A DNA stretch of 63,376 nt, taken from the NCBI GenBank assembly GCA_005223095.1, contig NJBQ01000003.1, positions 1-63,376 on the forward strand, read 5' to 3'. This stretch comes from Candidatus Aerophobetes bacterium Ae_b3a (lineage in GTDB: Bacteria; Aerophobota; Aerophobia; Aerophobales; AE-B3A). Below, in pieces: positions 46,136 through 56,214 of the stretch (position 1 is the stretch's first letter; each line of letters begins with the position of its first letter). The position numbers and the translations under genes were made by a program. The notes under the pieces were generated by a model. That model did not search any database. It saw only the letters and a list, made by a program, of their open reading frames with translations, and was not told the DNA's origin.

Positions 46136-46552
46136 ATGCAACAAAGTGAATACATTCCTGATAACCATGATCTTTATCGGAGAGCCTTACCAATTCAATA
46201 CAACAAGACGACAGGGAAATTCACCCCAGCCACTTTCACACTAAGAAAAAAGGAGATAAGACGTGGCCTTGGATTGTCGGTTAATTGGTCGGAGTATAGT
46301 ACTCCCGAAGAAACATCTGTGGATCCGCATCCAAATTACGGGGGCAGAAGATTACTCGTGGGAGCACTAAAGGCCAGGATCCCACGTCAACAAGACTTGA
46401 AAGTTGTTCATACTCCCAACCTAGATAATCCTGCGCACAGCGAGATAAGAGGACGGAGACTGATTGACTCCCACTCCCGGTTGTTGGTTGCTGATATCCT
46501 AGCCGAAAACTGCAGACCCCTAATCACACGTATCGAGGATTCCAATCTTTGA
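46136..46552 (+). CDS. hypothetical protein C of the orphan operon
   Basis: 138 aa, starting 6 nt after B. Has LSVNWSEY and DNPAHSEIRG motifs. No family assigned. Confidence 0.55.
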   Translation: MQQSEYIPDNHDLYRRALPIQYNKTTGKFTPATFTLRKKEIRRGLGLSVNWSEYSTPEETSVDPHPNYGGRRLLVGALKARIPRQQDLKVVHTPNLDNPAHSEIRGRRLIDSHSRLLVADILAENCRPLITRIEDSNL

Positions 46553-46703
46553 GAACAATGCTAGTTTTGTTTTCTTAGAATCAGTACCATTCAAAATTGA
46601 TCGGTTCATATGCCGTCACGTCAGCAGAGGAGTCCGCCTGCTATCAGATGAAGAGCATTCCTCTTAGACTCTTGCGAGAAAATTAGATGCTGCTCCAACT
46701 ATT

Positions 46704-47094
46704 CTATATATTTCCTTCGACAAACTGAGCATAAATCCTCATAGTCAGCAGACTCTTGTATCCAAGAAGAGTCTGGATAACCTTCCAGACAGTCCTCTTA
46801 CTCATGTCATGGTTAGGGGAAACACAAAAAGCATCCCGTCTTAGATATTTAGGATATCTATCCGCTAAACTGTGACAGTCGATTTCCTTCATCGTCTCAC
46901 CCACAGTAGGCTCAGAGTAGTTCATCAATCTTTGTCTCTTCCGGATTCCATATGACCACCCAGTACGCCATCTTGAGGTCACAATCTACCATTAAAACAT
47001 TTTGGGGTTTAAGCGTTAAAGCGTGTGAGAGATTAGCTGCTGTTATGGTTTTGCCTGGTCCACCCTTGAAGTTCAAAATAGCTATTTTATTCAT
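46704..47094 (-). pseudogene. ParA-like ATPase N-terminal fragment running into a tyrosine-recombinase C-terminal remnant
   Basis: MNKIAILNFKGGPGKTITAANL is a deviant Walker A. The reading frame collapses after about 60 codons. The downstream overlapping frame ends in HDMSKRT..IQTLLGYKSLLTMRIYAQF, which resembles the catalytic tail of a tyrosine recombinase. Confidence 0.5.
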
Positions 47095-47126
47095 CTAGTG
47101 ACCTCTTGTCCTTTGGTTCGGCCGTT

Positions 47127-47411
47127 GTGACCTGCCCCCATTAATAGTGCCACTTCTTACAGTTAGAGTCAATGAAATGATGGCCTCCGGAGCAGGTAGT
47201 CGGTAATCAAGAGTATGGGGGCCTCATTTGATTGCAGTCTTTACGCTACTCTTCAATTAAGAGACTTGCTTAAGCTAAAGTTATAAATATTTCAGGAGCC
47301 TATCTCTTAGCTTACCGTTGAGTGATTATATGTGATATTATTCCCCAGAGCCGGATGTTCCCTGACAATACACTGAAGGGGACTACTAGGCCAAATCTCA
47401 GCACTTGTCAA
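47127..47411 (-). repeat. E1-derived unit (promoter module, about 170 nt of unrelated insert, right-end hairpin module)
   Basis: On the minus strand: TTGACA (47411-47406), 17 nt, TAGTAG. 47198-47127 matches the 877-946 and 4102-4173 hairpin module (..ATTAATGGGGGCAGGTCAC). Confidence 0.45.
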
Positions 47412-47717
47412 CGAAGTTTTGCACGAAATCAACCCTATACATCTTGAGAAAACATTCTGAATTCGCAATACCTGGATTAACAACAGCTTACATAAGAGGA
47501 GAAAGCTCCATTTTAAAAATCACAAATTTTATAGATAAGCTATCGGTACCTTTTCATAATTTATGTGAAAGCTCGAGAATAGCTTCTGCTCAACAGTTGT
47601 AAAAAGCTAATCTCTTATATCACCATTTTCCTGCAAAAGCTAGCTGTCAATCTGGATTTTGGGGAGTTTTGTGAGCACTCAACACTTAGAATAAGACTTG
47701 TAAGCGGTTGAGCTTAG

Positions 47718-48431
47718 TCAGATGCTCCCATTATGATTGATCCCGTCCAAGAGTCCTACAACCTCTCTCACCGCCGAGACTGTGGGACCGTTCCATTCCT
47801 CTGCATTTATCCGATGAGCATCAGAGGTGTCCTCGTAAGGGACACGAATAAGAACAGCATGCATTCCCACTCGAGAAGCTCCCGTGAGCTCATGGGAGCT
47901 TCCATCACCCACATAAAGACATTCCTGCGGCTTCACTCCTAGTTGCTCGCAGGCTAAGCGATAGATGCGTGCATCAGGCTTCATTAGCCGCACTGTACAG
48001 GAAAACACTACTGCGTGAATGAGTGGAGCAAATGGTGTGTCTGGCCAAAGGAGTGGTACCTCGCTAGAGCAGTCGCTGATGAGACCAATTATGTATCCTT
48101 CCTGTATTAATTGGGTGAGTGTTTCCAGGGCATCGTCTCGGGGCTTCAATGAGCGTCGAGTGAAGTCGACCCTAATCTTGACTGCCAGCTTGAGGCACTC
48201 ATCTTTGGGTCTTACTTCGAGCCTCTGGCAGATATACTCGGTATTGTCTTTAGTATTTCGAAAAGCTCCTGTGGCACGTTTATTGAACGTCTCACCCCAC
48301 ATACGTGCAAAACCCTCCGGGGGTACTGATAGAACTGCAGCCATTTGTCTGAGTACAGCCTCGTGTTCTCGCAGAGAAAAGTTATCAACCAGTGTCCCGA
48401 AAAGATCAAAAACAATAGCCTGGTACTTCAT
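47718..48431 (-). CDS. HAD superfamily hydrolase
   Basis: Motif I IVFDLFGTLV and motif IV YVGDGSSHE. GAGG RBS. GC-richer than the surrounding core. Confidence 0.8.
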   Translation of the reverse strand: MKYQAIVFDLFGTLVDNFSLREHEAVLRQMAAVLSVPPEGFARMWGETFNKRATGAFRNTKDNTEYICQRLEVRPKDECLKLAVKIRVDFTRRSLKPRDDALETLTQLIQEGYIIGLISDCSSEVPLLWPDTPFAPLIHAVVFSCTVRLMKPDARIYRLACEQLGVKPQECLYVGDGSSHELTGASRVGMHAVLIRVPYEDTSDAHRINAEEWNGPTVSAVREVVGLLDGINHNGSI

Positions 48432-48540
48432 AGATTTAACCTCTTTCTATCTGGAAATGCAGCTGAGTTTATCACATATGTTCGGACATGAAAACAGAAC
48501 TCATTCAAGAATCCGATGGTTATGTAGTGCAAACTTAATC

Positions 48541-48569
48541 CAAATCTCAGCACTTGTCAATTTTGGTTT
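48541..48569 (-). promoter_or_regulatory. solo copy of the E1 promoter module upstream of the HAD gene
   Basis: On the minus strand: TTGACAAGTGCTGAGATTTGGAT then TAAGTT, with a 17-nt spacer. Confidence 0.5.
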
Positions 48570-48599
48570 TGGAGGGTGTGGCGGCACTAGTAGTAGGGG

Positions 48600-49433
48600 T
48601 TATGTAATGTCATCAATTACGGAATCAAGTACTGCCTTGGCTAACACTTTTCTCTTGATGAGGTGCCGTCGCTCCATTTCCCATTTTGATCGACCGGAGA
48701 AAAGGCACTTATTTAGCGGTATGACATCGGAGACTTGGAGAAGAGTACTTGCTCTAATGTCCACCAACTTTGCCGCTTTGAAAACCGACGAGGTCTCCAT
48801 TTCAATTCCAATGCAGCCGAGATTCTTTACAAGGTAGTCAAGTCGGAAGAACTGGGCGATAACACTGTCAATAGAGAACACTGTTCCCGAATGTAAGGCT
48901 ACGGATTCCCTTTTGCAGATATTGGAGGCATATTTCATAACGGTCATTTGGAGTTCTGAATCAGGCTCAGCAGGCTGGAGGAAACAATCCTCTGTTTCAA
49001 CATCTGGACCCAAATACCTGGAGAAGCCATCTCCAGACAGCGATTTTTTTGGTATCAACAAATCGCCGATCTTCATTGAGGCATCCAAACCACCTACCGA
49101 TCCTGTGAAAATAACTCTCTCGCAGGGAGTGCAAGCGAGTGAGAGGATGACATCACCGGTCATTGGAGCACCTATTCCGGATCTGATGAAGCTAATGAGC
49201 TGTCCATGGTATTCGCATTGATAAACAACTCCTTTAGATATCTCGCTCATACTCTCGAGATGACTGGCAAATACATTAACATCCCAGACGGGGGTGACAA
49301 TAGCCTTCGTCTGAATGGAGCCAGGACTGCAATGAAGCACAGTTTCGACAACATCCTGAGGTGTAATGTTGTATCTACTCAATTGAAAGTATGCAGGAAG
49401 ACGATTGTCCATTCTACGGTCTCCAAACCACAT
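48600..49433 (-). CDS. nucleoside phosphorylase family protein (PNP_UDP_1)
   Basis: GIGAPMTG, FTGSVGGL and GIEMETSSVF motifs. The start may be the Met at 49412, which has GGAG 8 nt upstream. Confidence 0.7.
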   Translation of the reverse strand: MWFGDRRMDNRLPAYFQLSRYNITPQDVVETVLHCSPGSIQTKAIVTPVWDVNVFASHLESMSEISKGVVYQCEYHGQLISFIRSGIGAPMTGDVILSLACTPCERVIFTGSVGGLDASMKIGDLLIPKKSLSGDGFSRYLGPDVETEDCFLQPAEPDSELQMTVMKYASNICKRESVALHSGTVFSIDSVIAQFFRLDYLVKNLGCIGIEMETSSVFKAAKLVDIRASTLLQVSDVIPLNKCLFSGRSKWEMERRHLIKRKVLAKAVLDSVIDDIT

Positions 49434-49474
49434 AGCAGTAGAGTGGAATCACATTGAAACCTTCTTCTTGTTCA

Positions 49475-49503
49475 ACCTTAGGCGAAATCTCAGCACTTGT
49501 CAA
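49475..49503 (-). promoter_or_regulatory. solo copy of the E1 promoter module upstream of the nucleoside phosphorylase gene
   Basis: On the minus strand: TTGACAAGTGCTGAGATTTCGCC then TAAGGT, with a 17-nt spacer. Confidence 0.5.
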
Positions 49504-49810
49504 TCCGGTTTTTGCAGGAAAATAATGCTATTCACCGATACCTTTCAACAATCATTGAACTGGATCTATTTTCGAACGCTCGCATCAATCGCAACAAAGT
49601 ACCGATAGATTATCTGAGAAATCTGTGATTTTAGACTAGATCTTTTCTTCATCTCTTGTAAAGTACCAACAATAAAGCTCTCATAGATTCAGAAATGTCT
49701 GATAGAATCTATACAATTAATTTCGTGCAAAAGTTCGGTGATAAAAATTGTTTGACAAAAAAATATGGTGAGTTAAAATCCAGATAAAGAATGAGAAAAC
49801 TGGAGAGAAT

Positions 49811-52390
49811 ATGAAACTGGATAATTTCACTTTCAAAGCGCAGGAGGTTCTGGCAGATGCTCAGGCTAGAGCAGAAGAGGAACACCAGCAGGAGATCGCC
49901 TCCGAACATCTCTTGCTTGCCTTAGTGGAACAGAAGGATGGATTAACACCTTCTATTTTGAAGAAAGTAGGGGCCGATACTGGGGCTGTAAGAAAGAGTC
50001 TTGAAAAGAGAATAGCGGATTCCCCCAAAGTCTATGGTGCAAGTCAGGTATATATGTCTTCTTCTTTGAATGGTATTCTGAAAGCCGCTCAGTTGGAAGC
50101 TACTCAAATGAAAGATGAATATGTGGCAGTTGAGCATCTTCTTATTGCTCTTTGTGAAGATAATTCTTTTGCCGGTCAAACCCTAAAAGAAAACGGTGTA
50201 AATAAGGACACTCTTCTTAGAGCTTTAGCTGATATTCGTGGAGCCGAGCGCATTACCGATCAGAATCCGGAAGGAAAATATCAGGCTCTCAAGCGTTATA
50301 CCACAGACCTTACTTCTTTGGCAAAGCAGGGTAAATTAGATCCGGTGATTGGTAGAGACAAGGAAATCCGACGTATCATACAGGTTCTATCACGGCGAAC
50401 AAAGAATAATCCTGTGCTTATAGGCGAACCCGGAACAGGCAAGACAGCAATAGTGGAGGGGTTAGCTCAAAGAATGATAGCTGGCGATGTTCCGGATAGT
50501 TTGAAAAATAGACGTCTTTTGGTTTTAGATATTGGTTCAATGGTAGCCGGAGCTAAATTTCGCGGTGAATTTGAAGATAGAATGAAAGCTGTTTTGCGTG
50601 AGATAAGACGGGCGGAAGGTCAATTAATTATCTTTATTGACGAACTTCACACGGTAGTAGGGGCTGGAGCTGCCGAGGGGGCAGTAGATGCTTCCAATAT
50701 GTTAAAACCAGCCCTGGCTAGAGGAGAACTGAGGGCTGTTGGTGCTACTACTCTGGACGAGTACCGAAAGAATATAGAAAAGGATGCTGCTCTGGAAAGA
50801 CGGTTTCAGCCTATTTATATTGAAGAACCTTCTATTGAAGATACCATAGCTATTCTACGTGGTTTAAAGGAGCGCTACGAAGTTCACCACGGAGTCAGGA
50901 TCAAAGATTCAGCTATTATTGCTGCTGCCAGGCTATCTCATCGCTATATAAGTGAGCGGTTTCTACCCGACAAAGCCATAGACCTTATTGATGAAGCTGC
51001 GGCTGGACTTCGCATGGAGATGGATAGTTGCCCCACTGAAATAGATGAAGTAGAGCGAAGAATAACTCAATTACAGATTGAGAAAGAGGCTTTAAAGAAG
51101 GAAAAGGATACGGAATCTCAGGCCAGAAGAGCGCAATTGGAAAGAGAGTTGGCTAATCTGAGGGAGAAAGGTGATGGGCTAAAATCGCACTGGAATGATG
51201 AAAAAGCTATTATTCAGAAAATTCGTGCGGCCAAAGAAAAGATGGAACAAGCAAGGATTGAATCCGAAAAAGCTGAACGAGAAGGCAGACTGGAAGTAGC
51301 AGCAGAACTTCGTTATGGCACTCTTATAGAATTGGAGAAATCACTAAAGGAAGAGAACGAGAGATTGGCTCTGCTGCAAAAGAATCAAAAGATGCTAAAA
51401 GAGGAGATAGATGAAGAGGATATAGCAGAGGTGGTTTCAAAATGGACAGGCATACCCACCTCAAGACTTATAGAAGGAGAAAAGGATAAGCTCTCTCGCA
51501 TGGAGGAGAGGTTAGAAGAACGAGTGATAGGCCAGGACAGAGCCGTAGAAGTTGTTTCTAATGCTATAAGGAGGAGCCGTACTGGGCTCCAGGACCCCAG
51601 GCGCCCGCTCGGTTCTTTCATTTTTATGGGCCCTACCGGGGTAGGAAAAACAGAGCTTGCCCGAGCCCTGGCAGAATTTCTCTTTGATGATGAAGAAGCT
51701 ATGATTAGAATTGATATGGGCGAATACACAGAAAGGCATACTGTTTCCCGGCTTATTGGTGCACCTCCAGGATATGTTGGTTATGAAGAAGGAGGCCAGC
51801 TCAGCGAGCCAGTAAGAAGGAGACCTTATTCAGTCATCCTTCTTGATGAGATAGAAAAAGCTCATCTTGATGTCTATAACACTTTGCTTCAGATTCTCGA
51901 TGACGGCAGACTCACTGATGGACAGGGAAGAACGGTAAATTTTAAAAATACAGTCATTATTATGACTTCCAATATAGGGAGTAGTTATCTACAGGGAATG
52001 TCTTCTGGGAGGCGGCAAGATATAGAGAATAAAGTGATGTCCGCTCTTAGAGCCCAGTTTGCTCCAGAATTCTTAAACCGGATTGATGAAGTAATCATCT
52101 TCAATCCCTTAGGAAAAGAAGAAATCAGAAGGATTGTGGATATTCAGCTTTCTGAAGTAAACCAGAGACTAAAAGAAAAAGACCTTAAACTTGAGTACTC
52201 AGAAAAGGCAAAGAATTATCTAGCTGAAAAAGGTTTTGACCCCGATTATGGAGCAAGACCACTAAAGAGAGTCATTCAACGAGAGGTGCTAGACCCTCTG
52301 GCTAAATATCTCCTGGCTGGCAAATTCAAAGAAGGAACTACCATTCAAATAGACCTGAAGGATTCCAGGCTTACTTTCTCTGGAAAATAA
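49811..52390 (+). CDS. clpB: ATP-dependent chaperone ClpB
   Basis: Two AAA+ modules (GEPGTGKT and GPTGVGKT) with a long coiled-coil middle domain. 859 aa. Confidence 0.95.
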   Translation: MKLDNFTFKAQEVLADAQARAEEEHQQEIASEHLLLALVEQKDGLTPSILKKVGADTGAVRKSLEKRIADSPKVYGASQVYMSSSLNGILKAAQLEATQMKDEYVAVEHLLIALCEDNSFAGQTLKENGVNKDTLLRALADIRGAERITDQNPEGKYQALKRYTTDLTSLAKQGKLDPVIGRDKEIRRIIQVLSRRTKNNPVLIGEPGTGKTAIVEGLAQRMIAGDVPDSLKNRRLLVLDIGSMVAGAKFRGEFEDRMKAVLREIRRAEGQLIIFIDELHTVVGAGAAEGAVDASNMLKPALARGELRAVGATTLDEYRKNIEKDAALERRFQPIYIEEPSIEDTIAILRGLKERYEVHHGVRIKDSAIIAAARLSHRYISERFLPDKAIDLIDEAAAGLRMEMDSCPTEIDEVERRITQLQIEKEALKKEKDTESQARRAQLERELANLREKGDGLKSHWNDEKAIIQKIRAAKEKMEQARIESEKAEREGRLEVAAELRYGTLIELEKSLKEENERLALLQKNQKMLKEEIDEEDIAEVVSKWTGIPTSRLIEGEKDKLSRMEERLEERVIGQDRAVEVVSNAIRRSRTGLQDPRRPLGSFIFMGPTGVGKTELARALAEFLFDDEEAMIRIDMGEYTERHTVSRLIGAPPGYVGYEEGGQLSEPVRRRPYSVILLDEIEKAHLDVYNTLLQILDDGRLTDGQGRTVNFKNTVIIMTSNIGSSYLQGMSSGRRQDIENKVMSALRAQFAPEFLNRIDEVIIFNPLGKEEIRRIVDIQLSEVNQRLKEKDLKLEYSEKAKNYLAEKGFDPDYGARPLKRVIQREVLDPLAKYLLAGKFKEGTTIQIDLKDSRLTFSGK

Positions 52391-52492
52391 GGGAATATAC
52401 TATACAATAACAAGCCCTATCCTTCCAAAGCATCTCCTAGCAATGACCTACTACCCCACCTACCGCGTACGCTCCATCTAATTCTTAATGAA

Positions 52493-52704
52493 CTAGGAAT
52501 TATATGGTCTACCGAAGGACATTTTCTGAAGAAGCCTTATAGGAGCAACCTCAACGAAGCTTGGAGTTGAGGAAGAAGAAAAATATACTGTTTGAGGAGC
52601 AAAGCGACGAGTTTATATTTTTCCCGAAACGAGAAGCTAAGCAGAAATAATAGAAGGCTACTATACAGCGACGGAAGAAATTGTCCTGAGGTAATTTCTT
52701 GACA
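52493..52704 (+). repeat. R2 MITE-like repeat, copy c
   Basis: Aligns with 28569-28759, and in reverse with 21077-21316. Ends in TTGACA (52699-52704), then 17 nt, then TATACT. Confidence 0.55.
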
Positions 52705-52783
52705 AAACTTTTATTTGATATATACTTATTATAAGACTTTTATAAAAGTCTTTATAAAATTATCCCATTTAGCGAGAGTTAAA

Positions 52784-53857
52784 GTGAACAAATTACGGTT
52801 TATCTGTGCATTGAGAGATAAAGGAAGATTATCTAAAAAAGAGATGGCCAACATCTGTGACCTTTCTATACCTACAGTGAACAAAATCATAAGGTTCTAC
52901 TTAGAAAAAAAAGTAGTTAAGGAAAGTGAATTTGGCCAATCCTCAGGGGGACGCAGGCCCATACTCTATGAGTTTAATGAGAAGGTAAAGTATGTCATAG
53001 GTGTGGATTTCGAGATTCCCGAGCTGACCCTGGTGGTTACCGATTTAAAAGGGAGAGTGGTAGAGAAAGATTTCTCCCATATTCCGACCAGGGGAAGTGC
53101 TCAATCCGCCACAGAGTATGTTGGTGAGAAGATAGTTTCTTTGATAGCCAAAAGCGGATTAACAAAGGAGGATGTAGTAGGAATTGGATTTGGCGCTCCT
53201 GCATTTCTAAAAGATGAAAAGATAACTATTTCTGGAAAAAATCTTCCTTCCTGGAAGGATGTCCCGGCCAAAAGAATTTTACAGGAGATAACGGAAATAC
53301 CAGTTGTTGTTGATAATGATGTGAATCTTATGACACTATCTGAGAGTTATCATATGGACTATCGAGATACAGTCCTGCTGTATTTGACCCTGAGAAAAGG
53401 AATAAAGGGTGATATTAGGATGGGTGGTGGAGTACTCATAAACGGTGAGGTTTTTGACGGAGCTCATGGAAATGCAGCAACTCTTCGTCATGCCTATATG
53501 GACTTTTCAGCCAGCAGGAAGCGGGAGGAACTAATTGAGGATGTAATGAAAATAGAAAATCCCCAGGAAATGGTATTGAAGCTCAGGGACCACCTATTGA
53601 TGCCTATGCTCAACATGGTGATTCTCTTTGACCCTGACCGGGTGGTAATAAATGCTGGTATTCTGGAACAATGGGAAGGCATGTTTATTGAGGAATGCGA
53701 GAAGGGCTTAAAGCATCGTCTTCGAGGATTATCTGATTGGGAGTTTAAGGTAGAAATGGCTCGGGATAGGGAGATGCCTTGTGCGAAAGGAGCCGCTCTT
53801 CGTGTCTTGCAGCAAATTTTCAGTAACCCGGATCTTTTTGTGGAAAAATTCCGATAA
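52784..53857 (+). CDS. ROK family transcriptional regulator
   Basis: N-terminal wHTH (LSKKEMANICDLSIPTVNKII) and a ROK sugar-kinase-like body. Start moved to the GTG at 52784, because the upstream part of the tracked ORF lies in the promoter region just downstream of R2. Confidence 0.8.
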   Translation: MNKLRFICALRDKGRLSKKEMANICDLSIPTVNKIIRFYLEKKVVKESEFGQSSGGRRPILYEFNEKVKYVIGVDFEIPELTLVVTDLKGRVVEKDFSHIPTRGSAQSATEYVGEKIVSLIAKSGLTKEDVVGIGFGAPAFLKDEKITISGKNLPSWKDVPAKRILQEITEIPVVVDNDVNLMTLSESYHMDYRDTVLLYLTLRKGIKGDIRMGGGVLINGEVFDGAHGNAATLRHAYMDFSASRKREELIEDVMKIENPQEMVLKLRDHLLMPMLNMVILFDPDRVVINAGILEQWEGMFIEECEKGLKHRLRGLSDWEFKVEMARDREMPCAKGAALRVLQQIFSNPDLFVEKFR

Positions 53858-54007
53858 GAGAATATGAATCAAAGACATAGAGAAGGTGCCTGTGAGAAAA
53901 AGGTCAATTATGGCAAAGATAAAAAACAAGATGAAAATGATATTGGGGGAAAGGAGGTGAAAAAGTAAGTTAATCTTTGTAAAGTATAGGAGCTAAAGGA
54001 GAGAAAA

Positions 54008-55282
54008 ATGAGTAAGAAGCTTATTTTCTTTTTAGTGTCGGTCTTGTTGGCAGGACTATTCTGTACAGCGGCTTTTGCTGGAAAGACTGTAACTGTCCTT
54101 GGAACATGGGGAGGTGCTGAAAGAGATGCTTTTATGAAGATGGTAGAACCTTTTGAAGCGGCCACGGGCATCAAAGTGGAATTCACCGGTACACGTGATC
54201 TTCCCACAATACTTACTACACGAGTAGCGGCCGGTAATCCTCCTGATATTTCTGGTATACCCAATCCTGGTCAGATGCAGGAATTTGCTGAGGTAGGAGC
54301 GCTAGTTGACCTCAGTGAATTTATGGACATAGGTAAACTGCAAGACGAATATTCCCAGACATGGATTGACCTGGGGAGCTACGGAGGAAAATTGTATTCC
54401 ATTTTCATCTCAGCTGACCTCAAGAGCCTGGTCTGGTACAGCCCCAAGGCGTTTTCCAGTGCGGGATACCAGATACCACAAACCTGGGATGAACTTATGA
54501 CTCTTTCTGATAAGATGGTTGCTCAGGGCAAGACTCCCTGGTCTATTGGTCTTGAATCTGGTGCTGCCAGCGGCTGGCCTGGAACGGACTGGATTGAGGA
54601 TATTATGCTGCGAACTGTCAAACCGGAGATTTACGATAAGTGGGTCAATCACGAAATACCCTGGACAGATTCAGCGGTGAAGCGTGCCTGGGAAATTTTC
54701 GGTGATATTGCCCGAAGTGATAAATATGTATATGGAGGAGCGGCAACTGCGCTCACTACCAACTTTGGTGATGCTCCCAATGTGCTATTCACCAGTCCAC
54801 CTCGCGCCTACATGCACAAACAGGCCACTTTCATTAAGAGCTTTATCTTGAATTACGACCCTACTCTTAAACCCGGTGAGGATTTCAGCTTCTTCCCCTT
54901 CCCATCCATTGACCCGGAGTATGGTACTCCTGCCTTAGGAGCTGCTGATATGTTTGCGGTATTTAACAATACTCCAGAGGCACAGGCTCTTATGCGCTAC
55001 CTGGCAACTGCTGGTGCTCAGGAGATTTGGGTTGTCCAACTGGGAAAGCTATCAGCTAACAGAAGAGTTAATCCTAGTGCCTATCCTGATGACCTTACTC
55101 GAGAAGCTGCTCAGATATTAGCCAGTGCTCAAACGTTTCGCTTTGATGGCTCTGACTTAATGCCTGCTGCTGTGGGGTCTGGTTCTTTCTGGAGTGGGAT
55201 ACTGGATTATGTAGGTGGTGAAGATCTGGATTCTGTCCTGAAAAGAATCGAAGAAACCGCTGTTGATGCTTACAAGAAATAG
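54008..55282 (+). CDS. sugar ABC transporter substrate-binding protein (family 1)
   Basis: Signal peptide and length and pattern typical of MalE-like binding proteins. Confidence 0.85.
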   Translation: MSKKLIFFLVSVLLAGLFCTAAFAGKTVTVLGTWGGAERDAFMKMVEPFEAATGIKVEFTGTRDLPTILTTRVAAGNPPDISGIPNPGQMQEFAEVGALVDLSEFMDIGKLQDEYSQTWIDLGSYGGKLYSIFISADLKSLVWYSPKAFSSAGYQIPQTWDELMTLSDKMVAQGKTPWSIGLESGAASGWPGTDWIEDIMLRTVKPEIYDKWVNHEIPWTDSAVKRAWEIFGDIARSDKYVYGGAATALTTNFGDAPNVLFTSPPRAYMHKQATFIKSFILNYDPTLKPGEDFSFFPFPSIDPEYGTPALGAADMFAVFNNTPEAQALMRYLATAGAQEIWVVQLGKLSANRRVNPSAYPDDLTREAAQILASAQTFRFDGSDLMPAAVGSGSFWSGILDYVGGEDLDSVLKRIEETAVDAYKK

Positions 55283-55350
55283 ATTTAAGAGGGGATTTGT
55301 GGCCACCAGAGGTGGCCACAAATCCTTTTCCCATCCACAGAAAGATAAAA

Positions 55351-56214
55351 ATGTACACAAAGAAATCAACTCCCTGGTTATATCTGGCTCCAGCCTTAAC
55401 TTTGCTCGGGTTTTTTCTCATTTATCCTTCTTTTCATACTCTGTATCTTTCTTTTTTTGATAAAGGTTCCAATGTCTTTGTGGGAGCCGGTAACTATATC
55501 TATGCTTTCACAAATAGAGTTATGCTAACAGCATTCCGCAACAATGCTCTGTGGGTGGTGGTTTTTAGTGCCATAACGGTCTTTCTTGGCCTCGTCCTTG
55601 CTGTGCTTTTAGATAGAGTAAGATATGAGGTTATTATTAAATCCATCATCTTCATGCCTATGGCCATCTCTTTTGTAGGCGCTAGCGTTATATGGAAATT
55701 TGTCTATGCTTTCAGGCCAGCCGGGGCTCCCCAAATTGGCATTCTTAATGCCCTCCTTCAGACATTTCATCTGCCTCCTGTGGCCTGGTTGATTGAAAGA
55801 CCCTGGGTCAATAATCTCTGTCTGATATTAGTTGGCATATGGGTATGGACAGGATTTTGTTTGGTGGTACTCTCGGCTTCATATAAGAGTATTCCTAGAC
55901 AGTTTTTGGAAGCAGCACGAGTTGATGGAGCTAACGAATGGAGGATTTTCTGGCGAGTTATTCTCCCCTTACTTGTGCCCACCATTACTGTACTTACCAC
56001 TACCATGGCAGTCTTTGTGCTTAAGGTATTTGATATTATCTATGTTATGACCAACGGTAACTTTGGCACTGAAGTTATTGCCAATCGTATGTATAAGGAA
56101 ATGTTCCAGTTTGGAAACTTTGGTAGGTCAAGTGCCATTGCTGTAGTTTTACTAGTGCTTGTTCTTCCTATGATGCTTCTCAACCTGCATCGGTTTAAAA
56201 GAGAGGAGAAATAA
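55351..56214 (+). CDS. sugar ABC transporter permease (MalF-like)
   Basis: EAA-loop region (EAARVDGANEWRIFWRVILP). Start set at MYTKKSTPWLYLAP. Confidence 0.85.
   Translation: MYTKKSTPWLYLAPALTLLGFFLIYPSFHTLYLSFFDKGSNVFVGAGNYIYAFTNRVMLTAFRNNALWVVVFSAITVFLGLVLAVLLDRVRYEVIIKSIIFMPMAISFVGASVIWKFVYAFRPAGAPQIGILNALLQTFHLPPVAWLIERPWVNNLCLILVGIWVWTGFCLVVLSASYKSIPRQFLEAARVDGANEWRIFWRVILPLLVPTITVLTTTMAVFVLKVFDIIYVMTNGNFGTEVIANRMYKEMFQFGNFGRSSAIAVVLLVLVLPMMLLNLHRFKREEK

Noticed and set aside
48019-48837. 272-aa plus-strand ORF antisense to the HAD and nucleoside phosphorylase genes. Similar cases are 5647..6213, 5500..5841 and 17376..17789.
   Set aside because: These are long antisense or alternative-frame ORFs in GC-richer or low-complexity stretches. 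Their composition is Ser/Arg-rich and motif-free, whereas the opposite-strand or in-frame genes carry clear family motifs.
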